From Polyangiaceae bacterium (GTDB lineage: Bacteria; Myxococcota_A; Polyangia; Polyangiales; Polyangiaceae), in assembly GCA_044222475.1 (NCBI GenBank), contig JBGANF010000010.1:1-64000 (forward strand): a stretch of 64,000 nt of DNA, written 5' to 3'. A program made the translations under genes and the position numbers. Below, one piece after another: positions 41,061 through 51,323 of this stretch (its first letter is position 1; the number at the start of each line of letters is the position of its first letter). The notes beneath the pieces are model-generated. The model was not told where the DNA came from, did not search any database, and saw only the letters and a program-made list of their open reading frames with translations.

Positions 41061-41534
41061 TCAGCCGCATGCGTTGCAGCGCCCGGTGAGCTGGACCGCG
41101 ACCCTTTGCGAGGTCACGGCCTTGGGCGCTTGCTCACTGGCCGTGATCCGAACGGCCACGCCTGGGAGGCACGACACGACGCCACAGTCGGTGCACACGA
41201 AGTGGGGATGCTCGACGACGTGTCCCCCTGCCCGCTTCAGCTCGAAGCGCCACACGTGGTCGCCGAGATCGGTTCGGGCGACGAGCCCCGACTCTGCGAG
41301 GTCGACGAGGTTCCGATACAGGGTCGCGCGATCGAAGCCTTCGCCCGCGAGAGCCTCGAAGAGCTCGGCGTGACTGACCGGCGTCCCGAGGTCCGTGAGG
41401 AAGCGGAGCACGGCGATCCGTGGTGCCGTGCTTCGGAGGCCGGCGTTCCGCAGGATCGCCTGAAGATCGCCGACGCTGCCGACACCGGCGCTCCCGAGCG
41501 TCTTCGCCTTGACCTTCGCCTTCGCTGCTACCAC
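41061..41534 (-). CDS. Fur-family transcriptional regulator
   Basis: GLR.T.PR..VL, DRATLYRNL, HPHFVCTDCG, GRCNAC. Confidence 0.88.
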   Translation of the reverse strand: MVAAKAKVKAKTLGSAGVGSVGDLQAILRNAGLRSTAPRIAVLRFLTDLGTPVSHAELFEALAGEGFDRATLYRNLVDLAESGLVARTDLGDHVWRFELKRAGGHVVEHPHFVCTDCGVVSCLPGVAVRITASEQAPKAVTSQRVAVQLTGRCNACG

Positions 41535-41661
41535 AGCGGAAAAATAGCGCTCGGGGGGTAGCCAGTAAAGTACGCGCGCTCACGCCGACGTGGTTACAAG
41601 AAAAGATGGAAAGGGTTCCCGGCGAGCGATTCCCCCTGCTATCTTCGGGGGCCTTCGACGC

Positions 41662-44436
41662 ATGACCGATTCCCTGGACGATCTCGCGAATCGTTGGAAG
41701 AAGGCGCCCGACGCCGACTCCACCATCGCCCTTGCCGATGCGCTTCATGGATCGGTGCGGACCACGCTCGTCCAGCAAGTCGCCGACTTCGCCCAAGCGA
41801 AGATGCAGTCGAACGTGCCCGTGCTCCTCGCCATCGCGCGGATGTACATGGCGAGTCACAAGCTCGCGGAAGCGCAGGCGATTCTCGTCGCGGCTGGGAA
41901 GGTCGCTCCTCGCGAAGGCATCGTCTATCGCGTGCTCGGTGAGGTGCTTCTTCGCCGCGGAGACGCGGACCGCGCGGAGAAGGTCTTCGAGCGCGCGCTC
42001 CAGTTCGGGCTCAACGATCCAGACACCCGCATGTGGATCGAGCGGGCGAAGGTCTACAAGCCGATTCAGGCCAAAGCCGGCGCGCGCGCCGTGGCGGCCG
42101 AGGTCGCGCGCACCGCGCCGGTCGCGCCGCCGAAGGTCCCGCCGGCACGCCCCCCGATGGAATCGCTGAGCGCCGAGGACGAGGCGGAGACCTCGGTGCG
42201 CGATGCCCCGCAGTTCGCGGCGCCGGCGCCGCCGCCGAAGGCAAAGTCGCTCCCGCCGCCGGCGATGCCACCGGTGAAGCCTCCCTCGATGAGGCCGCCG
42301 CCGATCCCCCCGCCCGGGGCGATGCCGGCCGACATGCGTCCTCCGACGCCACCGCTCTTCGTGCCGGAGCCGGAGGAGCGAAAGTTCTCGATCAGCGCCG
42401 AGACCGCGCAAGCGTTCGACGCCGGGATCTTGCCGGAGCGACCGATGCCGGCGCGGGCACCGAAGAAAGAGCCCGATCCCTTCAAGCCGCCGCCCCACGT
42501 CGAGGGCGTGCCGGAGGCGCGTGACGTGCTCGACGCGCTCGCGCTCGCCGGCATCTTCGAGAAGGGCGAGAGCGCGGCGAAGGGCGCGTGGGACAAGCCG
42601 GTCGGACGTCAGCGTCGTCGCGGCTCGCTCCCGCTGCTCGTGCTCACGATCTTGATCGTGGGCGGCGGCATCGGTGGCTTCTTCTACCTCAAGTCGGAGC
42701 GCGAGAAGGCGCACCTCCGCGCCGAGACCGAGCTGAACGCGATCGAGACGGACATGCGCAAGAGCCAGGCGTCGCTCCTGCCGGACGTGGAGCAGAAGTT
42801 CTCGACCGTGTTCGAGATCGACTCCCGCTCCGATCGCGCCGCGCTCGATTGGCTCCGCGAGCGAGCGCTCACCGGGCTGCTCAAGGGTGGCGACACGGTG
42901 GCGTTCGAAGAATCGATGAACCGCGCGCGCGAGGTGAAGGTCAAAGAGGAACAGATTGCGTTCGCGCAGATCGGCTCGTTCCTCTTCACCGGTGACACCG
43001 TCGGCGCGGCAGGGCTGCTCTCGAAGTGGGACGCAGCATGCACGCAGGACGCCTGGTACCAAGTGCTCGCCGCGGCGACGCTCGAGCGCGCCGGCGACGC
43101 CCGCGCGAAGGATCGCTACGAGGCGGCGACCAAGCTCGATCCCGAGTTGATCATCGCGCACCTCGGTTTCATCCGCACGACGGCGATGGACGGCGATCCC
43201 GCGAAGGCGATGGAGCTCGCCAAGGCGTTCCGCGCGAAGTACCCCGATCGGATCGAAGGTCAGGCGCTCGTGGCGCTCGCGTGGGCGCGCGATCCGGCGC
43301 GGCCGGATGCGCCTCCGCCGGAGGTCGCCGAGACGATCGCGAAGGGCGAAGGCCTCCCCCTCCCGCTCCGCACGATCCCGCACGCGCTCGCGGCGATCCA
43401 AGCGGTCGACAAGCACGACTACGCGACCGTCAAGACCGAGGTCCAAGCCGGCCTCGCCGTCGTCGACAGCCCGGGCATGGCCTCGTGGCTCGGCATCGTC
43501 GCGCTCAACACCGGCGACGAGAGCCTCGCGCGGAAGGCGGCCCTCGCTGCGGTCGCGTTCTCGGCCGTGTATCCGCCGGCGCGCGTGCTCGCCGCGCGCG
43601 TCGCGCTCCTCGGCGATCGCCTGGACGAGGCGCTCAAGGCCACGGAGGACCTCGACCCCACGTCCCCGGACGTCGCCGTGGTCCGCGCAGCCGCCGCGTA
43701 CGAGCGCGTCGATGCGACGTCGCTCGGCGGCGCGCTCGAGGCCGTACCGATCGAGGGACGCAAGCTCCCGTTCCTCACGGCGCTCACGACGGCTCAAGAC
43801 GTGCTCCTCGGCCGGCTGCAGCTCCCGCCGGACAAGATCCTCGAGCTCGCCGACGACGACGCGCCATGGGCCGACGTCGTCGCGATGGACCTCGCGCTCG
43901 ACCTCGGTGACGTGGAGACGGCCGCGAAGATCGCCGAGCTCTGGAAGGGCACCGAGGACCGCGCGCTCCGCGCGCTGCGCCTGTCTCGCCTCGCCCGCTA
44001 CCAGGGCAAGCTCGACGACGCGGACAAGTACAGCCTCACCGCCCTCACGACCGGCTCGGTGACGACGCGCTCCTTGGCCGAGCGCGTCTACGTCCTCGTC
44101 GCGCGAGAGAAGTCGCACGAGGCGGGGCCGCTCCTCGCGAAATACCCGCTCGTCCTCGGGACGATGTCGGGGTGGCTCAGCGGCTACGCGACCGCATCGG
44201 CCGGCAAGGTGGACGATGCGCGCGGGCGCACGGCGAGCCTCGAGCCGCCCCCGTCCCTCGCGCCGGCTCCGGCCCGCACGATCGCCGCCATGTCGCTCGC
44301 AGCGATGAAGGATCGGCGTCGCGGACCGGACTACGTTCACGACCTGTTCGCATCCGGGATCGTGAACCCGGACACGGCGCGCGCGGGCGAGATCTTCGCG
44401 GTGAAGCCGCCGAACCGTCCGCCGCCGAAGCGGTGA
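41662..44436 (+). CDS. Large TPR-containing single-pass membrane protein with Pro-rich linker
   Basis: N-terminal TPR-like helices, Pro-rich region, TM LLVLTILIVGGGIGGFFY, helical C-terminal region; ATG at 41662. Confidence 0.75.
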   Translation: MTDSLDDLANRWKKAPDADSTIALADALHGSVRTTLVQQVADFAQAKMQSNVPVLLAIARMYMASHKLAEAQAILVAAGKVAPREGIVYRVLGEVLLRRGDADRAEKVFERALQFGLNDPDTRMWIERAKVYKPIQAKAGARAVAAEVARTAPVAPPKVPPARPPMESLSAEDEAETSVRDAPQFAAPAPPPKAKSLPPPAMPPVKPPSMRPPPIPPPGAMPADMRPPTPPLFVPEPEERKFSISAETAQAFDAGILPERPMPARAPKKEPDPFKPPPHVEGVPEARDVLDALALAGIFEKGESAAKGAWDKPVGRQRRRGSLPLLVLTILIVGGGIGGFFYLKSEREKAHLRAETELNAIETDMRKSQASLLPDVEQKFSTVFEIDSRSDRAALDWLRERALTGLLKGGDTVAFEESMNRAREVKVKEEQIAFAQIGSFLFTGDTVGAAGLLSKWDAACTQDAWYQVLAAATLERAGDARAKDRYEAATKLDPELIIAHLGFIRTTAMDGDPAKAMELAKAFRAKYPDRIEGQALVALAWARDPARPDAPPPEVAETIAKGEGLPLPLRTIPHALAAIQAVDKHDYATVKTEVQAGLAVVDSPGMASWLGIVALNTGDESLARKAALAAVAFSAVYPPARVLAARVALLGDRLDEALKATEDLDPTSPDVAVVRAAAAYERVDATSLGGALEAVPIEGRKLPFLTALTTAQDVLLGRLQLPPDKILELADDDAPWADVVAMDLALDLGDVETAAKIAELWKGTEDRALRALRLSRLARYQGKLDDADKYSLTALTTGSVTTRSLAERVYVLVAREKSHEAGPLLAKYPLVLGTMSGWLSGYATASAGKVDDARGRTASLEPPPSLAPAPARTIAAMSLAAMKDRRRGPDYVHDLFASGIVNPDTARAGEIFAVKPPNRPPPKR

Positions 44437-45659
44437 CGCGCCTGGGCTCGCGCTCGCTCCCGCCGCGCTCGCCGTTCGCTTCGCGCTTCGCGCTGTCGCC
44501 CGACGTGTGTTTCTTGAACCACGGGTCGTTCGGTGCGACCCCGCGCGAGCTCTCGAAGCTGCAGACCGAGCTGCGCGATCGCGCCGAGGCGAACCCGATG
44601 CAGTTCTGGGTGCGCGACCTCGAGCCGTTGCTCGACCGCTCGCGCGCCGCGCTCGCCGCGCTCGTCGGTGCTCGACCGGGAGAGATCGCGTTCGTCCCGA
44701 ACGCCACGGCGGCAGTGAGCACCGTCCTACGGAGCTTGCGGTTTCGCGACGGTGACGAGCTCCTGACGACCGATCACGCGTACAACGCGTGCAAGAACGC
44801 GCTCGACTTCGTCGCCAGCGCGTCTGGGGCCAAGGTCGTGGTGGCGCGGATACCGTTTCCGATCGCTCGCGAGGAAGACGCGATCACCCCGGTGCTCGAC
44901 GCCGTGACGCCGCGCACGCGGCTCGTGCTCCTCGATCACGTGACGAGCCCGACCGGCCTCGTCATGCCCATCGCGCCGCTGGCGAGCGAGCTCCGAGCGC
45001 GCGGGGTCGACCTGCTGGTCGACGGCGCCCACGCGCCCGGCATGATCCCGCTCGATCTGGGCGCGCTCGGCGTGCCCTTCTACACCGGCAACTGCCACAA
45101 GTGGCTCTGCACGCCCAAGAGCGCGGCGATGTTCTACGTCCGCGAGGATCGGCAGGCCGAGATCCGTCCGCTCGCCATCAGCCACGGCGCGAACGCGACG
45201 CGAACGGATCGCTCGCGGTTCCTCATCGAGCACGATTGGGTCGGCACGATCGACCCGACGCCGTACCTCGTGGTCGCCGATGCGATCGCGTGGCTGTCGG
45301 GGATCTTCCCCGGTGGAATCGGCGAGGTGATGAAGCGCAATCGGGCGCTCGCGCTCGAGGCGCGCGCGATCCTCTGCGAGGCGCTCGGGGTGGAGGCTCC
45401 CTCGCCCGAGTCGATGATCGGCTCGCTGGCGGCGGTGCCGCTGCCCGACGGAAGAGGCACGGGTGCGCCGTCGGCGCTGAGTTGGGGAGACGACCTGCAG
45501 CGACGCCTCTGGGAGAACCACTCCATCGAGGTCCCGATCGTGCCGTGGCCGCGGGCCCCGAAGCGGCTCGTGCGGGTCAGCGCGCAGATCTACGATTCGC
45601 GTGAAGAATACACGTATCTGGCGGATGCCCTTCGGGAGGAGCTCGCCGCGGAGAGGTGA
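44433..45659 (+). CDS. Class V PLP aminotransferase family (isopenicillin-N epimerase/C-S lyase-like)
   Basis: FLNHGSFGA, NAT, DHVTSPTG, VDGAHAPG, GNCHKWLC; GTG at 44433 overlaps the upstream stop. Confidence 0.85.
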   Translation: MTRLGSRSLPPRSPFASRFALSPDVCFLNHGSFGATPRELSKLQTELRDRAEANPMQFWVRDLEPLLDRSRAALAALVGARPGEIAFVPNATAAVSTVLRSLRFRDGDELLTTDHAYNACKNALDFVASASGAKVVVARIPFPIAREEDAITPVLDAVTPRTRLVLLDHVTSPTGLVMPIAPLASELRARGVDLLVDGAHAPGMIPLDLGALGVPFYTGNCHKWLCTPKSAAMFYVREDRQAEIRPLAISHGANATRTDRSRFLIEHDWVGTIDPTPYLVVADAIAWLSGIFPGGIGEVMKRNRALALEARAILCEALGVEAPSPESMIGSLAAVPLPDGRGTGAPSALSWGDDLQRRLWENHSIEVPIVPWPRAPKRLVRVSAQIYDSREEYTYLADALREELAAER

Positions 45660-45666
45660 GCTCGGG

Positions 45667-46803
45667 TCAGCGCTTCTGCGGCTGGCCGACCGGCGCGAGG
45701 CCGCCGGAGGTGCGGCCTTCGACCATCATGCGGAGCTCGTCGGGCTCGAGGGATCGGCCCATCGCCTCTTCGAGGGAGATGATGCGCCGGGCGTAGAGCG
45801 AGAAGAGCGACTGGTTGAGGGTCTGCATCCCGTGCTTGTCCTGGCCGACCTGCATCGAGCTGTAGATCTGGTGGACCTTGTCTTCGCGGATGAGGTTTCG
45901 GATCGCCGGGTTGGGCAGCATGACCTCGAGCGCCATCACGCGGCCGGGGGCGCCGAGGCGGGGGATGAGCTGCTGGCTGATGACGCCTTGGAGGACGAAG
46001 GACAGCTTCGCGCGAACCTGCTGCTGCTGGTGCGGCGGGAAGACGTCGATGATGCGGTTGATGGTCGAGACCGCGCTGTTGGTGTGGAGCGTCGCGAAGA
46101 CGAGGTGACCCGTCTCGCTGATGGTGAGGGCGGCCTCGATGGTCTCGAGGTCTCGCATTTCGCCGACGAGCACGACGTCCGGGTCCTGCCGGAGGGCGTA
46201 CTTGAGGGCGGTCTTGAACGCCTCGGTGTCGGTGCCGACCTCGCGTTGGTTGACGACGCTGAGCTTGTGCGGGTGGAGATACTCGATCGGGTCTTCGATC
46301 GTGATGATGTGCAGCCGCTGCTCGGTGTTGATCTTGTCGATCATCGACGCGAGCGTGGTGCTCTTGCCGGAGCCGGTCGGGCCGGTGACGAGGACGAGAC
46401 CGCTCGGCTTCTGGGCGAGGTCGGCGACCGCGGGCGGCAGGCCGAGCTCCTCGAACGTGAGGATCTTGAACGGGATGGTTCGGAACGCGCCGGCGACGTT
46501 GTCGCGCTGCATGAAGATGTTGGCGCGGAATCGAGAAAGGCCGCGGACGCCGAACGCGAAGTCGAGCTCGTTGGCTTGCTCGAACGCGATCTTCTGCTCC
46601 TCGGTGAGGATGGTGTAGCAGAGGCGCTTCGTGTCGACCGGCTCGAGCTTGGGGAGCTTGAGCGGTACGATCGCCCCGTCGATGCGGAGGAGCGGCGGAG
46701 ATCCCGTCGTGATGTGGAGGTCGCTGGCTCCCTTCTCGATCATGGCGCGAAGAAGCTGGTGGAGCTGGACCTGTCCCGCGGTCTCGGGCGGCTGTTGGGT
46801 CAT
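45667..46803 (-). CDS. pilT: Type IV pilus retraction ATPase PilT
   Basis: ASDLHI, GPTGSGKSTT, EDPIE, ALRQDPDVVLVGEMRD, AIRNLIRE motif, GMQT. Confidence 0.95.
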   Translation of the reverse strand: MTQQPPETAGQVQLHQLLRAMIEKGASDLHITTGSPPLLRIDGAIVPLKLPKLEPVDTKRLCYTILTEEQKIAFEQANELDFAFGVRGLSRFRANIFMQRDNVAGAFRTIPFKILTFEELGLPPAVADLAQKPSGLVLVTGPTGSGKSTTLASMIDKINTEQRLHIITIEDPIEYLHPHKLSVVNQREVGTDTEAFKTALKYALRQDPDVVLVGEMRDLETIEAALTISETGHLVFATLHTNSAVSTINRIIDVFPPHQQQQVRAKLSFVLQGVISQQLIPRLGAPGRVMALEVMLPNPAIRNLIREDKVHQIYSSMQVGQDKHGMQTLNQSLFSLYARRIISLEEAMGRSLEPDELRMMVEGRTSGGLAPVGQPQKR

Positions 46804-47990
46804 GGTCGCAGACTATCACGCGCGAGGACTGCGGCGATGCGCTCCGCGCCGCGGTCGATGTCGCCTACATCGTGGTACGGCCCGAAGCCGAACCGGAGGC
46901 GGTCGCCGCGGACGTCGGTGACGACCTTGGCCTCGGCGAGCCGATCGTGGAGGCGTTTCGCGGGTCCGTCGGTGCCGGGGAGTCGAAACGTGAGGAAGCT
47001 CCCGCGGCGCGGTTCGTCGACGGGGACGACGAGGTTCTTGGGGTCGAGCGCAGGAGCGCGACCGCCGAGCGCCTCGACGAAGCGGCGCTGCATCGCGTGG
47101 GCGTGGCGGTGGATGTCGGGGACGGTGACGTTCTCCTTCAGGAGAAGGCGTTGCACGGCGTTGAAGCGGAAGATCGCGGACGGGTCGAACGTCGCGCCGA
47201 GGAAGCGACTCCCGTCGGCCGCGTAGGGGACGGGCCCGCCGGAGGCAGACTCCAGGGCGAAGAAGGCGGCGAACCAACCGGTGTTCGGCGGGCGCGGGAA
47301 CGCGCCGGCGGGGGCATGGAGAAAGCACGCGCCCTCCCCGGCCATGGCGTACTTGTAGCCACCGGCGAGGTAGAAGGCGCGGTCGGCGATGGCCGAGAGG
47401 TCGGTGTCGACGGCCATGAAGCCGTGGTACCCGTCGATGACGATGGCTGCCTTGGTCGTCGAGATCGAGCGGACGAGCGCGTCGACGTCTACGACGTAGC
47501 CGGAGTCGAAGAAGACCTGGCTGGTCCACACGAGGTCGTACTCGCTCGCGCGCGCGGCGGTGGTGAAGCGCTCGACGAACGATGCGAAGGGCTCGGTCGC
47601 GACGCGGACGACTTGGACTGCGCCGGCCTCTTCGAGCCGCGAGACTTGACGGGAGAAGGAGTGGAACTCGCCGTCGGTGGTGAGGATGCGCGCGGGCCTG
47701 TCGGAGGGGAGGCAGGAGAGGATGCGAACGACGAATTCGTGGGTGTTGGGGGCGAAAGCGAGGGTTCGACCGTCGCCGAGCCGAAGGATGCGGGCGACGT
47801 GCTCGTGGGCTTCGCGCCATGGGCCGGCGAAGAAGGGGCCCCATTTCCCGTCGGCGTGGCGGGCGGCGAGCTCCCACGCGTCGAGGTGCGCGTCGCGGGT
47901 CACGTCGGGCCAATAGTGGTGCGAGTGCGCTGCGAAGTGGATGCGCTCGGGGTCGCCGGCGAGGAAGCGCGCGAAGTGCGCCTTGAGCAT
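46800..47990 (-). CDS. Kynureninase-like class V PLP-dependent enzyme
   Basis: HFAAHSHH.WPD, NTHE, EFHS, IDGYHGF.A, AGGYKYAMAGEG, D.RG..LRFG. Confidence 0.75.
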   Translation of the reverse strand: MLKAHFARFLAGDPERIHFAAHSHHYWPDVTRDAHLDAWELAARHADGKWGPFFAGPWREAHEHVARILRLGDGRTLAFAPNTHEFVVRILSCLPSDRPARILTTDGEFHSFSRQVSRLEEAGAVQVVRVATEPFASFVERFTTAARASEYDLVWTSQVFFDSGYVVDVDALVRSISTTKAAIVIDGYHGFMAVDTDLSAIADRAFYLAGGYKYAMAGEGACFLHAPAGAFPRPPNTGWFAAFFALESASGGPVPYAADGSRFLGATFDPSAIFRFNAVQRLLLKENVTVPDIHRHAHAMQRRFVEALGGRAPALDPKNLVVPVDEPRRGSFLTFRLPGTDGPAKRLHDRLAEAKVVTDVRGDRLRFGFGPYHDVGDIDRGAERIAAVLARDSLRP

Positions 47991-48008
47991 CGCCCGGTCA
48001 TAGCAGAG

Positions 48009-48638
48009 TCAATGGAGGTGCGCAGCCTCGTCGTCGTGGTCGGCTTCGTAGCACGGCGCGATCGGTCCCCACGCAGCGTACCAAATTGGGACGTAGTCGA
48101 TGCGGTTGGGGTTCCCGCGAACGTCGGCGTGATGGAAGCGGTCGTCGTCTTCGGTCATCTCCCAAGGATTGTGGAGCCCGATGCCGAACTCGCGACGAAA
48201 CTCTTGGATGCTGGATTCGAGACGGTGGACGGTGGTCTCCCAGCCTTTGCGAAACTTGGCCGGTTTCTTCGCGAATGCCGCTTTGAGCGCGAGCTCGAGG
48301 AACGGCTCGACGGTGGTGCGATGGTAGATGGTGCGCAGCGCGTGCTCGCCGCGCTTGGTGAGGTCGAGTCGGACCTGGCGTCGGTCGCACGGGCATTGGG
48401 AGCGCTCGACGAAGCCGAGACTCTCCAGTGTGCGGACCATGCGGCTGACGACGGCTGCGCTGACGCAGAGGTGGCGCCGCAAAGTGCTCTGGAGCATGCC
48501 CAGGGAGTCGCGACCCTCGAGGATGGCGCGAAGCATGTCGAGCCGAGCAGGTGTGAGGCCGACCTCGGCGGTGCCGCCGCGAGTGAACCGGACGGCGGTG
48601 AGGTGGGCGTGTTTCATTTCGAAGAAGACGGTGTGCAT
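48009..48638 (-). CDS. MarR-family winged-helix regulator with C-terminal extension
   Basis: GLTPARLDML, QS.L...L.VS...VSRMV..LE..GFVER....DRR....LT..G; ATG at 48638. Confidence 0.8.
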   Translation of the reverse strand: MHTVFFEMKHAHLTAVRFTRGGTAEVGLTPARLDMLRAILEGRDSLGMLQSTLRRHLCVSAAVVSRMVRTLESLGFVERSQCPCDRRQVRLDLTKRGEHALRTIYHRTTVEPFLELALKAAFAKKPAKFRKGWETTVHRLESSIQEFRREFGIGLHNPWEMTEDDDRFHHADVRGNPNRIDYVPIWYAAWGPIAPCYEADHDDEAAHLH

Positions 48639-48651
48639 GTTCCGCAAGGAG

Positions 48652-48667
48652 AGCACCTCTCGTGCCA
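48652..48667 (-). promoter_or_regulatory. Sigma54 -24/-12 promoter for the MarR gene
   Basis: Minus strand TGGCACGAGAGGTGCT (GG-N10-GC). Confidence 0.6.
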
Positions 48668-48714
48668 GCCCCCGCCGGGGACCGCCCCCGCACGGTCCGG
48701 CACAAAACGAGGCA

Positions 48715-48736
48715 GATCGTGATCATGATCACGATC
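48715..48736. promoter_or_regulatory. Perfect 22-bp palindrome with four GATC sites; candidate operator or UAS
   Basis: GATCGTGATCATGATCACGATC. Confidence 0.6.
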
Positions 48737-48788
48737 CGTCCCGTAGTGAGGGGGTGGCGCGGTGGCGGGGTCGGTGGCGGCGCGCCAC

Positions 48789-51323
48789 TCAGGGCGTCGC
48801 GTCGGCTCCGGCGCCGGCGTCCGTGTCGTAGGGGTTGGCTGGCAGCTCCACGACCTCGGTGGGCTCGGTCCCCGCCAGGAACACTTCGTCCATCACGTCG
48901 TCGTCGCCTTCCGGCGGCAGCTTCCCGGTCTTCTTGTCGATTCGAACCGTCACCACCCCAGCGGGCCTCGGGAAGTCGCTCGCCGGCTTCTTGTCGTGCG
49001 CCACCTTCATGAACTCGATCCACGCCGGCAACGCCGTCTGCGCACCCGTCTCTCCGGCGCCGAGCGCCTTCCCGTCGTCGTAGCCAACCCAGACGACCGC
49101 CGCCAGCTCCGTGGAGTAGCCCGCAAACCACGTGTCCTTCGACGCGTTGCTCGTCCCCGTCTTTCCTGCCAGCGGCCGCGCCAACGAGCGCGCTCGCACC
49201 GCCGTGCCGTGGTCCACCACGCTCGTCAGCATGTTCGTCGTCAGGTACGCCTCCGACTCGTCGAGCACTCGACGCGGCGGCGGCATCTCCGGCAGCGCTC
49301 GCTCCTTGCCGTCGGGACCGACGATCTTCGTCACGATCCGCGGCTCGTCGTACATCCCGCCCGACGCGAACGTCGCATACGCGCCGCAGAGCTCGAGCGG
49401 CTCGATCTCGTAGCTCCCGAGCGCCAGCGACAGATCCGGCTTCATCGTCGAACGAATGCCGAGCGACTGCGCATACGAGACGACGTTCGCCGGCCCCACG
49501 CTCGCGAGGACACGCACGGCAACCACGTTCACCGAGTTGGCGAGCGCCTCGCGGAGGCGCAACGGGTCCTTCCCCGTCCATCCCTCGTAGTTGCTCGGCT
49601 TGTAGCCACCGGGGAACACGTCCGGGTTCGGATCGACGAGCGTCGCCGGCGTGAACGCCCGCGACCGAAGGCCGTACGAGTAGACGATCGGCTTGAACGT
49701 CGACCCCGGCTGTCGCTTCGACTGCGTCGCTCGGTCGAGCCCGCCGCTCGCCGCTTCGTAGTTGCCCACGAGCGCCACGATCTGCCGCGTCCGCACGTCG
49801 ATCGCCACGAACGCCCCCTCCGGACCGCTCTCGAGACGCAGCGGCACCCTCACCGGCGGCGCGTTCGGATCCGCCTTCGCCGGATCCGCCACCGGCCCCA
49901 GCAGACTCACCCGCACGAGCGCCCCCTGCGGCGCGAACTTGCTCGGCGGCAGCTGCCCAGGGTTGTAGCGCGCGTAGTCGGCGAGCTTGATTTGCCCCGT
50001 GACCGTCCCGACCGTGACGTCGAACGTGCCCGCCGCGTCGTCGCTCGCCGCGACTTCGCCGATCAACACCTTGTGCTGATCGAAGCTCGGCGTCCCGGTG
50101 AACGGCGGTTCCTTCGGCGGAGGCGGCTTGATGACGTGACCCTTCTTGTCGGTCGTCGGTTGCGGCGGCGGCTTCAGCGGCCCCACGGCGCCCTTCCGCT
50201 TGTCGTACGCCACCAACGCATCACGCACCGCCGTGCGCGCCGCAGTCTGCAACTTCGGATCGATGCTGGTCGTGATCGTGAATCCGCCCAGCTTCTCTTC
50301 GTCGGGCGCGACCTCCTTCAGCATCCGCTTCGCGAGCTCCACCGCCTCCGGCGCAAGCTCTCCGTTGACGGGAACCACCGCCGCCAGCGTGATCGTCTCG
50401 CCCTTCGCGGCTTCGAACTGCGCGTCGTCGAGGAACTTCTTCTGGTGCATCTGGCCCAGCACGAAGTCCCGCCGCTGCAGCGCCTTGTCGAAGTGCTTTC
50501 GCGGGTTGTACGACTCCGGCCCGGCCACGGTCCCAGCGAGCATCGCGGCCTCGCCGATGGTGAGATCCTTCGCGCTCTTTCCGAACGCGTTGCGCGCCGC
50601 CTCCTCCACGCCGTAGCGCCCGTCGCCGAAGTAGATGTGGTTCAAGTACAGCTCGAGGATCTCGTCCTTGGAGAGCTCTTGCTCCAACCGCCGCGCCAGC
50701 AGCGCCTCGCGGATCTTGCGGCGGAAGGTCTTCTCCTGATCGAGCAGCAGGTTCTTGACCACCTGCTGCGTGATCGTCGAGCCGCCCTGTTTGAACTTCC
50801 CGCTCTTCAGGTTCACCAGCATCGCGCGCGCGATGCCCCAGTAGTTCAACCCGTCGTGCTCGTAGAAGTTCGCGTCCTCCGCGGCGAGGAACGCGAGCTT
50901 CACGTGGGGCGGGAGCGACGCGATCGAGATGACCGTTCTCCGCTCGGTGAAGATCTCGGCGAGAAGCGTCCCGTCCTTGGCGAGGACCCGCGTCGTCTGC
51001 GCGGGGTGATAGTTCCCCTTCAGATCGGCGACCGAGGGGAGATCCTCCTCGTAGTGCTTCACCATGATCCAGAAGCCGATCACCGAGGCGATCGCGAGCA
51101 CCGCGCACGCGATCCCCACTCGCTTGGTCCAGCGAAGCAGCGCCACCCGGACGCGCTTCCACTTCGCAGCCCGCACGGCCGCCGGCGACTCGGGGACGGT
51201 CGTCTTCGATCGCTTCGTCGCCGGTAGCGGTGCCGCCACGTTCACGTCCTTGGAAACGCTGGAGGTACCCGGGGCGCTTCCGCGGACCTTCCGGTTCGGC
51301 GGATCGGGCTCAGTTGCTGCCAA
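48789..51323 (-). CDS. mrcA: Class A penicillin-binding protein PBP1A
   Basis: TM anchor, AEDANFYEH, QGGSTITQQVVKN, RKIRE, ILELYLN; transpeptidase STFK, SVN, KTGT. Confidence 0.93.
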   Translation of the reverse strand: MAATEPDPPNRKVRGSAPGTSSVSKDVNVAAPLPATKRSKTTVPESPAAVRAAKWKRVRVALLRWTKRVGIACAVLAIASVIGFWIMVKHYEEDLPSVADLKGNYHPAQTTRVLAKDGTLLAEIFTERRTVISIASLPPHVKLAFLAAEDANFYEHDGLNYWGIARAMLVNLKSGKFKQGGSTITQQVVKNLLLDQEKTFRRKIREALLARRLEQELSKDEILELYLNHIYFGDGRYGVEEAARNAFGKSAKDLTIGEAAMLAGTVAGPESYNPRKHFDKALQRRDFVLGQMHQKKFLDDAQFEAAKGETITLAAVVPVNGELAPEAVELAKRMLKEVAPDEEKLGGFTITTSIDPKLQTAARTAVRDALVAYDKRKGAVGPLKPPPQPTTDKKGHVIKPPPPKEPPFTGTPSFDQHKVLIGEVAASDDAAGTFDVTVGTVTGQIKLADYARYNPGQLPPSKFAPQGALVRVSLLGPVADPAKADPNAPPVRVPLRLESGPEGAFVAIDVRTRQIVALVGNYEAASGGLDRATQSKRQPGSTFKPIVYSYGLRSRAFTPATLVDPNPDVFPGGYKPSNYEGWTGKDPLRLREALANSVNVVAVRVLASVGPANVVSYAQSLGIRSTMKPDLSLALGSYEIEPLELCGAYATFASGGMYDEPRIVTKIVGPDGKERALPEMPPPRRVLDESEAYLTTNMLTSVVDHGTAVRARSLARPLAGKTGTSNASKDTWFAGYSTELAAVVWVGYDDGKALGAGETGAQTALPAWIEFMKVAHDKKPASDFPRPAGVVTVRIDKKTGKLPPEGDDDVMDEVFLAGTEPTEVVELPANPYDTDAGAGADATP

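Noticed and set aside
42110..42500. Low-complexity CCG-rich tract
   Set aside because: Pro-rich coding linker in the TPR protein; not a DNA-level element.
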